IMG/VR virus record: IMGVR_UViG_3300042691_047443
Span: 12,490-76,489 of that record
Strand: one strand, 5' to 3'
Length of the DNA stretch: 64,000 nt
Source of the DNA: a virus
A program made the translations under genes and the position numbers. Position 1 is the first letter of the stretch. The number at the start of each line of letters is the position of its first letter. Below are positions 18,321 through 27,980 of the stretch, piece by piece. Under the pieces are notes generated by a model that had not been told where the DNA came from, made no database searches, and saw only the letters and a program-made list of their open reading frames with translations.

Positions 18321-21300
18321 GTTATCTTCCTCATTTTCCATTGGGATGTTGAAAGTCCAAAATCATCTCTCTTGACTTCTGCACAGAACAAGGTAAATGC
18401 ATCAGGCAGGTCCTTTTGCCCCCAAACTGTCACTCGTTGAACCTTGCCTGTAGGGCCTGCAACATAGATTTGGACGTATTCCTTTCCTGCCTTTGAGGAT
18501 TTTTTGATACCTGTCACAGGCGTTGCTCCCTTCTTCGGGGAAGTTGGAGATACAACCATCCAACACAATTGCGGATCTCCTTGTTCAACCTCTTCGATCG
18601 ATTTGATGCCCCTTGTTTCAAAGGCGTTCAACACATTTGAATCTATCAGGCTGATGATGTCAATCGCACCAAACACCTCCACCATGTTTTGCGCCCTCTC
18701 CGTCGGAGACCATTCCTCTACGGAAGAATTTTGCCTCAGTAAGTTGTAAAAATTCTTGAGTCCTTCGTGAGGATCAGACTTTGTCGAGCGTTTGATGAGT
18801 GCCGAGTGATCAAATTCAACATCCTCCGTGACTTCAATTCCCTTCTTTTTCCTTGTCACGGACTCAACATGCGATCCAAGCAAGGTTTGGTACATGTGAT
18901 TGTAGTTGTTAAATAACATACCTTCACCAACCATGTTCATGGAGTCAAAAGCCCCAATCTTTATCAGGGCCTCAAGCGCCTTCTTGTTGAACTTACTGTG
19001 TCTCCATTCAAAGTTTTTGTCCCACAGCAGCTCTTCAATCGTAGAATAGGGCCGATTTTGGACAATCTCTTCAAGAGCGGAAGAACCGACACCCTTACAC
19101 GATGTCATAGAAGGCATCAATCTTCTTCCCGGAAGAACTGTCCAACCAGACGTCGCAAGATTGATATCGATTGGTACGATCTGATAACCCAGAGACTTTA
19201 CCTCACCGAAGGCTTTGGCACGCGACTCCGGGTTGTTTGACATTGACTCAAGGTATGCGGAAATCCACTCCTCCTCGTGGTAGGTGAGCAACCATGCACA
19301 CCAAAACGAATCAATTGCGTATGCAACTGCATGTGCCTGATTGAAACCGTATCCCGAGAAATACAGAATCTTGTCGTAGAGGTTGTTTGCCACAGGTTCA
19401 AGGTAACCATTTTTTACGCAACCAATCACAAAGCTCGATCGCGTCTCCTCTGCTGCTTTCTTTGCTGCCTCGCCCCCTGAGATAGAACGCTTCATGATGG
19501 CTCGACGAACCTCATCGCACTGCTCCTTAGGGAATCCGGCACACTTCTCTGCCAACTCCATGACCTGTTCCTGGAAGATGATCAGGCCTCGTGTCTTTTC
19601 CAGGATTTTGTTGATTCTTTGATCACCCCATTCGTACTCTTTTCCTTCCCTTGCCTCAAGGTACAGCTTGTCCACGTTTGCAGCAAGAGGACCCGGTCGA
19701 TAGATTGACGTCAGCGCCGCAATGTCAATGATGCTCTTTGGTTTTGCCTTCACAAAGAGTTTCTGCGCGCCTTGAGACGTCAGCTGGAAGATACCAGACC
19801 ACTTTGCTTTTTCATATACCTCATAAGGTTTTGGGTCATTGAAATCGATCTTACTGGGGGCCATGTGTTCGTCATACCATGCCCTGATGTCGGAAAACGT
19901 GGGATTCTGATTCCCGCCCTTGCGAAGGACCAATTCAATTGTCCTTTCAATCAAACGAAGGGTCTCAAGGCCGAGAAGGTCGTACTTGATGAAGTTGCCA
20001 ATATATTCTAGGTGTTTAAAATTTACCCCTTCGACCCATGGAGACTGTGGCTCACCACCGGATGTGATGAGTGGCATCTTTCGTGGAAGATCATCTGCGA
20101 TGAGAACGCCGCCTGCGTGGCGACCCAGTGAACGATTCTGTTTGAAGAGAATCTTGATGGATTCGGCAACGTGTGGATACTTGTCGATGAAGTCCTTGAA
20201 AGTAGGAGAGTGGGCGTATGCATCATCATATTGCAGCACGAAAAGGTTTTTGTCATCGCCATGCTTCGTGGTCGCCCTTCTTACGTCCTCCTCAACCGTC
20301 TTTGTTGCTGCATTTACCTCTTCAAAGGGAATTCCGTAAAACTTGCTTACGTCCTTGACGAGACTTTTCACCTTGAAGGTGTTGTAGTTCGAGATAGGAA
20401 CCACGTTGTCAAATCCGAAGTAGTTTCGCAACTGTTCAAGGACCTTATCTCTGTCGGCAAGGTCGGTATCAATGTCAGGTGCACCTTTACGATACACCGA
20501 GAGAAAACGGCTGAAAGGCAAGTCCCAAAAGACAGGATCAAGGTCTGTAATGTACAGTACGTAATTGACTAGAGAACCTCCTCCCGATCCACGTCCGGGG
20601 CCGACAAGGCACACTTTTCTCGCAAGTTCAATGATTTTCTGGTACGAGATGAAATAGTCTGCGTTCTTCATCGTCTTGATGACGCCTAGTTCTTCACGTA
20701 AACGCTCGATGTACTCAGGCTTATCCTGTAATCCTCGCTTCACCATTCCTTCCTTACAGAGGGAAACAAGGTGATTGAACGAAGAAATGTCTTTGGGAAC
20801 CAACCTTTGGGTTGGAAACTTGGAGGTCCTGTCTGGCGGCACTTCGCCGATAACGTGATGCGCGATGTCGTGAGAGCGTTCGATGGCCTCCAGCACCTCA
20901 TCATCATCGTAAAAGCCTGTCTCCTCCTTAGAGCGGAGGTACTCCTCCCATACCTGAGAGGCGTTCTTGGGGTACAGCTCACACTTCAGATCATCCTTTG
21001 ACTTGGGGAGAGAATCTGGGCTGTACGTGGTGTAGTTCATGAACCCGAGCTTCTTATACAGCTCACGCTCTTTCCACAGCTCGGGCCGGTGGTAGTGCGA
21101 ATCGCAGGTTACCACGAGCTGTTTAGTTGTCCCCGTACGACGTGCAAACTCGAGAATCGCACGATTGACAAGGTTCTGAGCGGGAAGCCTATTGAACTGC
21201 AACTCGAGAAAGTAATTCTCTCGACCCACCGCAGAGGTCATCATGTCGTACACATTGCCGATGGCATTTACGCACTTATTCAAGAGGACGGCGTCATCAA

Positions 21301-22009
21301 GCAACTTCTCGTTCAGGTTGTCAAAAGCCACTCTCTGCAACTCTTGAAAGACAACCCAGGACGGAAAACCACCGAGGCAAGCGGAGGAAACAACAATATC
21401 ACCGTTTTTTCCAGCCTCACGCAGCATACCGAGATCCATTCGAGGAAACCTATAAAAGCCATGTAGATATGACTTAGAGGTTGCCTCGAACAGAGACAGG
21501 AGACCACGCTGGTTCTTCGGTAGGATCACCATGTGATGGCGTCGATTCACTGGATTAAAGTGCTTCGTCGACTTTGACTCGTCCTCATTCTCAATGGTGA
21601 GAGCGTTTGTAGTCTCAATCTCTTCTGTCTCATCCTCAGAGTCCACCCGAGCGATGATCCTCGTCTTCAGGTCTTCCTGTTGCTTCTGCAACTTTGAAGC
21701 AGCCTTCTTGTCGATGGCGGCCTGATCAGCCAGATCCTTGTCACGCTGCCACTGGGCAAGATCTGGGTGGAAGTACGCCTCGATTCCAGGAATGTACTTA
21801 AACTTTCCCTTGTCGGAAGAATTCCACTTTTCTACCCAAAGCTGGGCGTGTGCATATGAATTAAAGTTACCGTGTTCAGTGAGAGCATGGGCGTCAAGGC
21901 CGTTCTCCATGCACCAAGTAAAATGCTCATCAGGATAGCCTAAGCCGTCAAAGGGGCTGAAGCCTGAATGACCGTGAAGGCCGACGAAACGATTGGGTGT
22001 GCGAGACAT
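18317..22009 (-). CDS. dnaE: DNA polymerase III alpha subunit (C family)
   Basis: PHP domain (HGHS, TEHG, DSHY), GRGSGGGS, PDIDTD, KYDLLGL, IFQEQ, YGFN. Confidence 0.96.
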   Translation of the reverse strand: MSRTPNRFVGLHGHSGFSPFDGLGYPDEHFTWCMENGLDAHALTEHGNFNSYAHAQLWVEKWNSSDKGKFKYIPGIEAYFHPDLAQWQRDKDLADQAAIDKKAASKLQKQQEDLKTRIIARVDSEDETEEIETTNALTIENEDESKSTKHFNPVNRRHHMVILPKNQRGLLSLFEATSKSYLHGFYRFPRMDLGMLREAGKNGDIVVSSACLGGFPSWVVFQELQRVAFDNLNEKLLDDAVLLNKCVNAIGNVYDMMTSAVGRENYFLELQFNRLPAQNLVNRAILEFARRTGTTKQLVVTCDSHYHRPELWKERELYKKLGFMNYTTYSPDSLPKSKDDLKCELYPKNASQVWEEYLRSKEETGFYDDDEVLEAIERSHDIAHHVIGEVPPDRTSKFPTQRLVPKDISSFNHLVSLCKEGMVKRGLQDKPEYIERLREELGVIKTMKNADYFISYQKIIELARKVCLVGPGRGSGGGSLVNYVLYITDLDPVFWDLPFSRFLSVYRKGAPDIDTDLADRDKVLEQLRNYFGFDNVVPISNYNTFKVKSLVKDVSKFYGIPFEEVNAATKTVEEDVRRATTKHGDDKNLFVLQYDDAYAHSPTFKDFIDKYPHVAESIKILFKQNRSLGRHAGGVLIADDLPRKMPLITSGGEPQSPWVEGVNFKHLEYIGNFIKYDLLGLETLRLIERTIELVLRKGGNQNPTFSDIRAWYDEHMAPSKIDFNDPKPYEVYEKAKWSGIFQLTSQGAQKLFVKAKPKSIIDIAALTSIYRPGPLAANVDKLYLEAREGKEYEWGDQRINKILEKTRGLIIFQEQVMELAEKCAGFPKEQCDEVRRAIMKRSISGGEAAKKAAEETRSSFVIGCVKNGYLEPVANNLYDKILYFSGYGFNQAHAVAYAIDSFWCAWLLTYHEEEWISAYLESMSNNPESRAKAFGEVKSLGYQIVPIDINLATSGWTVLPGRRLMPSMTSCKGVGSSALEEIVQNRPYSTIEELLWDKNFEWRHSKFNKKALEALIKIGAFDSMNMVGEGMLFNNYNHMYQTLLGSHVESVTRKKKGIEVTEDVEFDHSALIKRSTKSDPHEGLKNFYNLLRQNSSVEEWSPTERAQNMVEVFGAIDIISLIDSNVLNAFETRGIKSIEEVEQGDPQLCWMVVSPTSPKKGATPVTGIKKSSKAGKEYVQIYVAGPTGKVQRVTVWGQKDLPDAFTLFCAEVKRDDFGLSTSQWKMRKIT

Positions 22010-22015
22010 GTGCCA

Positions 22016-22045
22016 ATCATAACTTGTGTCAATGCTAGTTTACAC
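22016..22045 (-). promoter_or_regulatory. Sigma70-like promoter, leaderless, for dnaE
   Basis: GTGTAA-N18-TATGAT-N6-ATG. Confidence 0.55.
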
Positions 22046-23048
22046 TAGAAAGTTCTTCCATGAACCACTTGATCGTACGACGGACCCCTTCCTCAAGGTC
22101 TACGGTGGGTTCCCATCCAAGAATCTCTTTTGCACGAGAAATGTCAGGTCTTCTCTGAAGAGGATCATCCTTGGGCAGGGGCATGTTGATCAATTCGGGT
22201 TTTGTCGCACCATACAACAGGCGATTCACGAGGAGGGCAAGATCCATTACTGTGAACTCTGCGGGATTTCCAAGATTGATCGGCCCCCCTGGATTTTTCG
22301 ACAGTCCTGCGAGTGTCGTGATGCCCCTGATCAAATCAGACACATAGCAAAAACTTCGGGTCTGCTTTCCACCGCCGTAGATGGTGTATGGCTGCCTCTT
22401 CAAGGCCTGAACAATGAAATTACTGACGACTCGACCGTCAAGGGGATCCATGTTTTCGCCGTACGTGTTGAATATCCTGACGAGTCTTGCATCAACACCG
22501 TGCTTGTGCAGATAATCGTAACACAAGGCCTCAGCGGCGCGCTTTCCTTCATCGTAACAGGATCTTGGGCCATATGAATTGACGTTTCCCTTGTAGGATT
22601 CCGACTGTGGCGAGACGTCTGGGTCTCCGTACACTTCAGACGTTGACGCGTGAACAAACACAGAATTGTGCTTTCGAGCAACATCCAGTATGTTTACGGT
22701 GCCTGCGGTACAGGTAAGAAGCGTCTCGACGGGAATCTCCTGATATCTAGGAGGTGACGCAGGACACGCAAAGTTGTATATCAGGTCGATTTTTCCACCG
22801 TTTGTAGTAATGAAATCATCAACTGCCGCGACGACGTCAAGTGTTGAACATATGTCAACTTTTCGAATCATTGCACGTTCAGGACTGTACATCTTGCGCA
22901 CAAACATCGAATGATGAGAATCTTCTCGGGAGGAGGAATAGTTGTCAAGTCCTAACACATTGTCACCAGCCTTTAAGTGATGAATCGTGAGATGACTTCC
23001 GAGAAAACCAGCCGCACCAGTGATCATAACATTCTTACCCATAACCAT
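22035..23048 (-). CDS. UDP-glucuronate decarboxylase (UDP-xylose synthase)
   Basis: GAAGFLG, ACPASP, STSEVYGDP, GNVNSYGPRSCYDEGKR, RIFNTYG, DDPLQRRPDI. Confidence 0.92.
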   Translation of the reverse strand: MVMGKNVMITGAAGFLGSHLTIHHLKAGDNVLGLDNYSSSREDSHHSMFVRKMYSPERAMIRKVDICSTLDVVAAVDDFITTNGGKIDLIYNFACPASPPRYQEIPVETLLTCTAGTVNILDVARKHNSVFVHASTSEVYGDPDVSPQSESYKGNVNSYGPRSCYDEGKRAAEALCYDYLHKHGVDARLVRIFNTYGENMDPLDGRVVSNFIVQALKRQPYTIYGGGKQTRSFCYVSDLIRGITTLAGLSKNPGGPINLGNPAEFTVMDLALLVNRLLYGATKPELINMPLPKDDPLQRRPDISRAKEILGWEPTVDLEEGVRRTIKWFMEELSSVN

Positions 23049-23116
23049 CCTTTGCTCAAGATTAAAGAGCGCAAAATTACTATATAATAAGTGTACAATG
23101 TGTACAAGGAACAAAC

Positions 23117-23398
23117 ATGAACAATCAAAGGCTCAATGAAAGTGATGTCACGTACTACAATCAAATTCTGACCGAGAGGTTTGGAAGACCTATCGGTGAT
23201 TCACCCTCAACCGTCGGAGTCCCAGATGAACGTGAGGAACTCACGGAGAAGAAAAAAGGCCCATCAAAGAAGACAGCGAGAAAGATCTTGAAGGGAACCA
23301 AGACCTTTAAAGACAAGGTTAAAAAAGTGTCTTCTTGGGCAGAAGATCCAGAGGCCATGGCCGGTTGGTTGATGAAACGTGCGGACTACAAGAAGTAA
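23117..23398 (+). CDS. Small basic hypothetical protein
   Basis: AGGA RBS; fills the gap between two minus-strand genes. Confidence 0.65.
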   Translation: MNNQRLNESDVTYYNQILTERFGRPIGDSPSTVGVPDEREELTEKKKGPSKKTARKILKGTKTFKDKVKKVSSWAEDPEAMAGWLMKRADYKK

Positions 23399-23401
23399 TG
23401 A

Positions 23402-23956
23402 TCAACTCATACAGCGCTGCTTGAGCAAGTACACGTGAGATTCGTGCTTATCCTCAATGCCTGCAATCATATTATCGAGACCACGTGTAAGAAGTCCGCA
23501 TTCCTTGAGACATTCAACGAGGTGAGCGGCAACCTTAAGGAAGGTCATTTCCACCTGATAAGATCGACGTATCAGTTCCGAAGTCTGCGCAACTGTCGAT
23601 GTAGGACCATAGTTTTGAACCAATTTATTACACTGAGCTGTGACAAGGCCAATGTCTACGTTATGTATCGAACCTAGGCCCACAACTTTCTCGGCCACCA
23701 TGTCGATTTCGTCCTCAATACATTCGTACAACCTAGAAAACAGGAGGTGGTCGCCATAAAATGGATCGCCTTTTGCAATCCAGTGATGTGTATGATGAAC
23801 CTTATTCAAGAACTGAAGATAGGATAGAAGTACAGAGAGTTCAGCGTAACGAACCCCTCCCCACTCAGCGATCATGTTATCAACTACAATTCCAGTGTTG
23901 GGCTCGACCACTAGCGATAACTCAAACGTCTCTTTTAAGGTTCTTCTCTTCATCAC
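23402..23956 (-). CDS. Dps/ferritin-like protein
   Basis: HHTHHW..G..FYGDHLLF..LY...IDMVAEK; HESHVYLL. Confidence 0.82.
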   Translation of the reverse strand: MMKRRTLKETFELSLVVEPNTGIVVDNMIAEWGGVRYAELSVLLSYLQFLNKVHHTHHWIAKGDPFYGDHLLFSRLYECIEDEIDMVAEKVVGLGSIHNVDIGLVTAQCNKLVQNYGPTSTVAQTSELIRRSYQVEMTFLKVAAHLVECLKECGLLTRGLDNMIAGIEDKHESHVYLLKQRCMS

Positions 23957-25053
23957 TTCAGCTCCACGTTAAAGGAAAATGATCCGATGGACATCGTGTT
24001 AGGGGTCCATCCTATTCTCACGGGTTCACCCCTTCTCGACTGAACGTCGTTCCACTTATTTACGTACATGTCAAGTGCACGCTCAGTCTTCGGCGTCATC
24101 CCCATTCCAAAAGGAAGCTTTCCCGTGCAAGGAATCATGATATCACCGGATAGACCCTCTGTCATCCTATACTTACGCAATCCTGCGGGCATGATTGATT
24201 CCCTGATCGAAAATAACCTATTCGCCCGTGTCACATATTCGTGAGACGAAATATTTGATTCAACAAGTTCTGTGACAGGGTCAACTTGCTCATAAGCGTC
24301 GTCTTCTCCCAATTCATTATATGAAACCCTCGACTCTTTCAGAGAATTTCTTTCCAGAACGCGATCGTCACGGTCTGTTAGACGTTGTTGAATTGCCTTC
24401 CATAGCCTCGCGGGCTCATACTGGATACCTGTCGTCGCCTTCACTGAGGCACAATACCTGACAACAAATGGTTCGTCCCACTGGCCTTCGATGTTTGAGT
24501 TATAATCGCTTATTGCCTTCTGTGCCAGAAGCTGATACGTAAAGTCGCTCAGTTCAGGGGAATTTGGAACTTTAACGTTGCCCTTTAGTCTCTCTCCGAT
24601 GGAAACTTCAGCGGCTTCGCCAAGCCTTCTGCTACGATAAATTACGTGTAACTCGTCGTCGCCCGGTGATCTGCGCAACATTTCTTTCACTAGAGAAAGA
24701 GGAACTCTTTTTGCCGCGGCATGCCTGACGTAAGGATCTCTATCTGTGATAAAGTTCCTTGCAAACTTTTCAGGCAAAAGCCTGACCACGAGTCTTCTGA
24801 CTTCCGGATTTGGATTATTTGCAAATCTGAGAAGCGTCGCAGGCCTAAACCCTTGTCTTAATTCACGACCCGTTCTTTCAAGAACGTCCATTCTGTCGTT
24901 GATGTTTTCGGCAAGTTGGTCAAGTTTCACCTCAGTGATCACAGATGGTCCAAGGTTACGTGTTGTTTCTTCACGTAAAACATCTAACGCCCTCTCTTCT
25001 GCGAGGGTTTGATTTAAAACTTTCTTTAGTTCTTTAACTGTGATAGTTTTCAT
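23953..25053 (-). CDS. Leader-bearing protein with LRV/HEAT-like repeats
   Basis: MKTITVKELKKVLNQTLAEE; NPNPEVRRLVV and DRDPYVRHAAA repeats. Confidence 0.65.
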   Translation of the reverse strand: MKTITVKELKKVLNQTLAEERALDVLREETTRNLGPSVITEVKLDQLAENINDRMDVLERTGRELRQGFRPATLLRFANNPNPEVRRLVVRLLPEKFARNFITDRDPYVRHAAAKRVPLSLVKEMLRRSPGDDELHVIYRSRRLGEAAEVSIGERLKGNVKVPNSPELSDFTYQLLAQKAISDYNSNIEGQWDEPFVVRYCASVKATTGIQYEPARLWKAIQQRLTDRDDRVLERNSLKESRVSYNELGEDDAYEQVDPVTELVESNISSHEYVTRANRLFSIRESIMPAGLRKYRMTEGLSGDIMIPCTGKLPFGMGMTPKTERALDMYVNKWNDVQSRRGEPVRIGWTPNTMSIGSFSFNVELK

Positions 25054-25122
25054 GAGAATAGATATATCAATGCCTACGTCAAAATCAAGGTAAGAGTCTT
25101 ACTATGTGAATTAAACATATAT

Positions 25123-25314
25123 CTAGCCAAGCATCATGTCTTTTATCCATTTTTTGATGGACTTTTTGATATCATCAGGCACGTAAACGCTTTTTGAATT
25201 AATGGATTCATCGTCATACAATTTTTTATCGTATGATTCTGCCAACCATTCTTCTCTTAAGGAACGTACTTCAGCAATGATGAAAGATCTCAGCGTTGAT
25301 ATTTCGTTTGTCAT
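25123..25314 (-). CDS. Small leader-bearing protein
   Basis: MTNEISTLRSFIIAEVRSLREE; ATACTTA upstream. Confidence 0.6.
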   Translation of the reverse strand: MTNEISTLRSFIIAEVRSLREEWLAESYDKKLYDDESINSKSVYVPDDIKKSIKKWIKDMMLG

Positions 25315-25326
25315 CACTCATAAGTA

Positions 25327-25854
25327 TCACTTACGTTTGATAAACATTGACCAATCTTCGTGCCACTCTTTGCCCCTTGCGTTTTCCCAAAATTGAAATG
25401 GACTTGGCTCTGCGGGAATCGTCAAAAGGGGCATATTTGCTTCGTGCGGCGTCTTATTGGCTTTTTTTCTATTGCAGAACTTACAAGACGCAACACAGTT
25501 CTTCCACGAAGTTTTTCCGCCACGAGAACGCGGTTGAACATGATCGATGGTTGCGGAATTTTTACCTAGGTCCATTCCACAGTATTGACAACACCAATTG
25601 TCACGCGTGTAGATTGCAGATTTTCTGAATCTTGGTGGTTGCCACTTTCTGTTCACCCTATTTAACAAACGAATAGTTGCGGGAAGCGCGATGGATTCCT
25701 TTGTGGTGTTAATAACCTGCTGAGACCAGGTACTTAACTTACCTCCTGTGTCCAATATTTCTGCCCTACCTTTGTGTACGAGTAGAAATGCACGTACATT
25801 GCTGACAAAGTGCATAGGAGAGTAGTCAGAATTGAGGAGAAGTGCCTTGCTCAT
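25327..25854 (-). CDS. HNH endonuclease
   Basis: ALLLN..Y, RDNWCCQYCG, TIDHVQPRSRGG..SWKNCVASCKFCNRKK. Confidence 0.92.
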   Translation of the reverse strand: MSKALLLNSDYSPMHFVSNVRAFLLVHKGRAEILDTGGKLSTWSQQVINTTKESIALPATIRLLNRVNRKWQPPRFRKSAIYTRDNWCCQYCGMDLGKNSATIDHVQPRSRGGKTSWKNCVASCKFCNRKKANKTPHEANMPLLTIPAEPSPFQFWENARGKEWHEDWSMFIKRK

Positions 25855-25894
25855 GCTTCAAATTCCCTGATCATATACGACCATCATACACCCT

Positions 25895-26236
25895 CTATTC
25901 CCAAACTACAAGATTCAACCTCTCTAAAAGAAATTTTATCTGTTCCACAAGAAGCAGCGATTCCTCTTGCTCTATCTTTGCGGCAGACAGTCTTTTTTTG
26001 ATTCTTTCAAGTTTTGATATCGAAAGGTCTTTTGACGATTGACGTTCAAGAAGATCTTCCAGTCGGTGTCGACGCGAAGACGAAGACGTTAATTTAAAGC
26101 TGTACGTTTGCCAGAGTTTTTTAACGTACTCTGGGTCGTTCTCTAGATCTTTTTGCTCGTCTTTTGCTTCTTTACTTTTCTTCGTCAACGATCCCGGACG
26201 ATAATTTTTCAACGAAGCGGCCATAGTGTCCCTCAT
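25895..26236 (-). CDS. Hypothetical basic coiled-coil protein (start uncertain)
   Basis: Fills the gap on the coding strand; overlaps the MTase end. Confidence 0.4.
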   Translation of the reverse strand: MRDTMAASLKNYRPGSLTKKSKEAKDEQKDLENDPEYVKKLWQTYSFKLTSSSSRRHRLEDLLERQSSKDLSISKLERIKKRLSAAKIEQEESLLLVEQIKFLLERLNLVVWE

Positions 26237-26957
26237 CCTGTTCTATTGCGATGAACTTTCTGCCTAACTTGCGAGCCGCAAATGCAGCAACACCAGATCC
26301 GGCAAACGGATCTATTACCCAGTCACCTTGATTTGTGTTTACTTCAATTGGTATTTCAAATATTTTTGTCGGTTTTTGTGTTGGATGAACCTTTCCCGAA
26401 AATAGTTCATTTACGTCCATCCATACGTTAGTCCTTCTATAAAATTCGCTTTTGGCAGGATATTTGGCATTATAACCCGCATAACCTCTTTTTGTTTCAA
26501 GAAGCGGAACGTTAAAAACGGCGGGTTTCTTTATGTCTCCCTTGATCATGTACAATAGTTCTTCACGCGTAGATAGGTAATTGTGTTGTACGCCATAAGC
26601 ACGCTTCTTCGACCAGGTGATCAGGTTTGAAACGTTCATATCTGACTCTGATTCTATACGCGAAGCGTATTCAAAGAACGGCCTAAATCCTGCAACACCA
26701 TAACCTCCCCAAACATACATTGCGCCCTGTGGAACCAGCAAATTGGAATAGGATTTGGTCCAAGAGATCATCCAGTCAACAAATTCAGACTGTGTTCCAC
26801 TCCATCTGTCCCAACCATGGCGCAATATATTTCCGTAAGGAGGATCTGTGCACACAACGTGAACCTTGTCAACGATTGTTTTCACAAAGGAAACGACTTC
26901 TTCGCTGGTTGAGTCTCCGCAGATTGCAACGCCGTCATCGAATCTTTCAAACTTCAT
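26172..26957 (-). CDS. DNA N6-adenine/N4-cytosine methyltransferase (beta class)
   Basis: DPPY precedes HPTQKP and DPFAGSG. Confidence 0.92.
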   Translation of the reverse strand: MKFERFDDGVAICGDSTSEEVVSFVKTIVDKVHVVCTDPPYGNILRHGWDRWSGTQSEFVDWMISWTKSYSNLLVPQGAMYVWGGYGVAGFRPFFEYASRIESESDMNVSNLITWSKKRAYGVQHNYLSTREELLYMIKGDIKKPAVFNVPLLETKRGYAGYNAKYPAKSEFYRRTNVWMDVNELFSGKVHPTQKPTKIFEIPIEVNTNQGDWVIDPFAGSGVAAFAARKLGRKFIAIEQDEGHYGRFVEKLSSGIVDEEK

Positions 26958-27478
26958 TTCCGGTACTCCTTGAATCCGGACAGTCGATACAACAACGACT
27001 TTAGGTCGCTTGGATTATTGACGCTCCATCTTGTGTAATAGTGTTCCATCTGCGAAGGGTACAATGTTGACATTTGTATTGCATGATTCAATACAACATT
27101 TAGATCACTTGCTGACGTACATAACAACTCAGAATAACAAGCGGGCGCCTTTAAGGCGGCCACGATGTCTTCATCGTTTAACAGTGAAAACATCGTGAGG
27201 TGACAGCGCCGATAATGAATCGCATCCCTTTCTAGGGAGAACTGTTTGAAGTCAGGTGTTGGTTCACCATCATGACCCAATGCAACCCATGATTCTTTAA
27301 CAAGATCGTGATGTGCCAGGGTGCAATAAATTCTGATGTCGTTAAATTTTGTCTTGTATTGATCAACGTGAATCGTAGAAATGACGCCTGTGCCATTGCA
27401 AGGTGGTACTGGGTGTCTTAACGCTGCCCCTACAAACATTGCAATATCATTCATCGAAGATTTGTTATGGAAGTTCAT
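26954..27478 (-). CDS. Hypothetical protein
   Basis: 174-aa ORF in operon. Confidence 0.6.
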   Translation of the reverse strand: MNFHNKSSMNDIAMFVGAALRHPVPPCNGTGVISTIHVDQYKTKFNDIRIYCTLAHHDLVKESWVALGHDGEPTPDFKQFSLERDAIHYRRCHLTMFSLLNDEDIVAALKAPACYSELLCTSASDLNVVLNHAIQMSTLYPSQMEHYYTRWSVNNPSDLKSLLYRLSGFKEYRK

Positions 27479-27510
27479 AACAAATAAAATATAGCGAAGA
27501 ACTAAAAAAT

Positions 27511-27535
27511 AAAAGGGGACCGCTAGTCCCCTTTA
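27511..27535 (-). terminator. Rho-independent terminator
   Basis: GGGGAC-N5-GTCCCC hairpin followed by a T run on the minus strand, after hsp20. Confidence 0.75.
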
Positions 27536-27551
27536 AATTTACCAAATTTTG

Positions 27552-27911
27552 TCACTTAATTGGAATCTTATAGGCCTTTGGCTTGGCTGTTTCAAGCTTG
27601 TTGAAAACAAGCGTTAGGACACCGTCCTCTAATCTAGCAGATCCAGATAGGGGATCGTAGTTCTTGGGAAGTCGATAATTGTAGAGAAAATCCTTACCTT
27701 TTTGCTTTCCCGTAATCTTTACGTCACCTGAAACTGATTCTACGAGTAGGTCAGAGGACTTAGCGCCGGGTAAATCCATGTTTAAGGTGATACCAGATTC
27801 ATTTTCATGAATCTCAAAATTGACTGTGTTCACCTTTGCGGCCCAAGGGTCAAGTAATCTATTGTAAACCAAAGAACCGTACTTATTAGTATCAGTATAC
27901 CACCAATTCAT
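27552..27911 (-). CDS. Small heat-shock protein (Hsp20)
   Basis: DLPG...YRLP...ARLEDGVLTL...IPI. Confidence 0.88.
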   Translation of the reverse strand: MNWWYTDTNKYGSLVYNRLLDPWAAKVNTVNFEIHENESGITLNMDLPGAKSSDLLVESVSGDVKITGKQKGKDFLYNYRLPKNYDPLSGSARLEDGVLTLVFNKLETAKPKAYKIPIK

Positions 27912-27980
27912 TTTTCACTCCTTTTATTGAGGTTGTGAAATCAGTAAGAACATCTTGAAAGAAAGAAAGGAAAAAGTGCA

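Noticed and set aside
14638-23048. Host LPS/capsule locus or bacterial chromosome origin
   Set aside because: The sugar genes are interleaved with dNMP-modifying enzymes and dnaE in a phage context, with no flippase, polymerase or export genes
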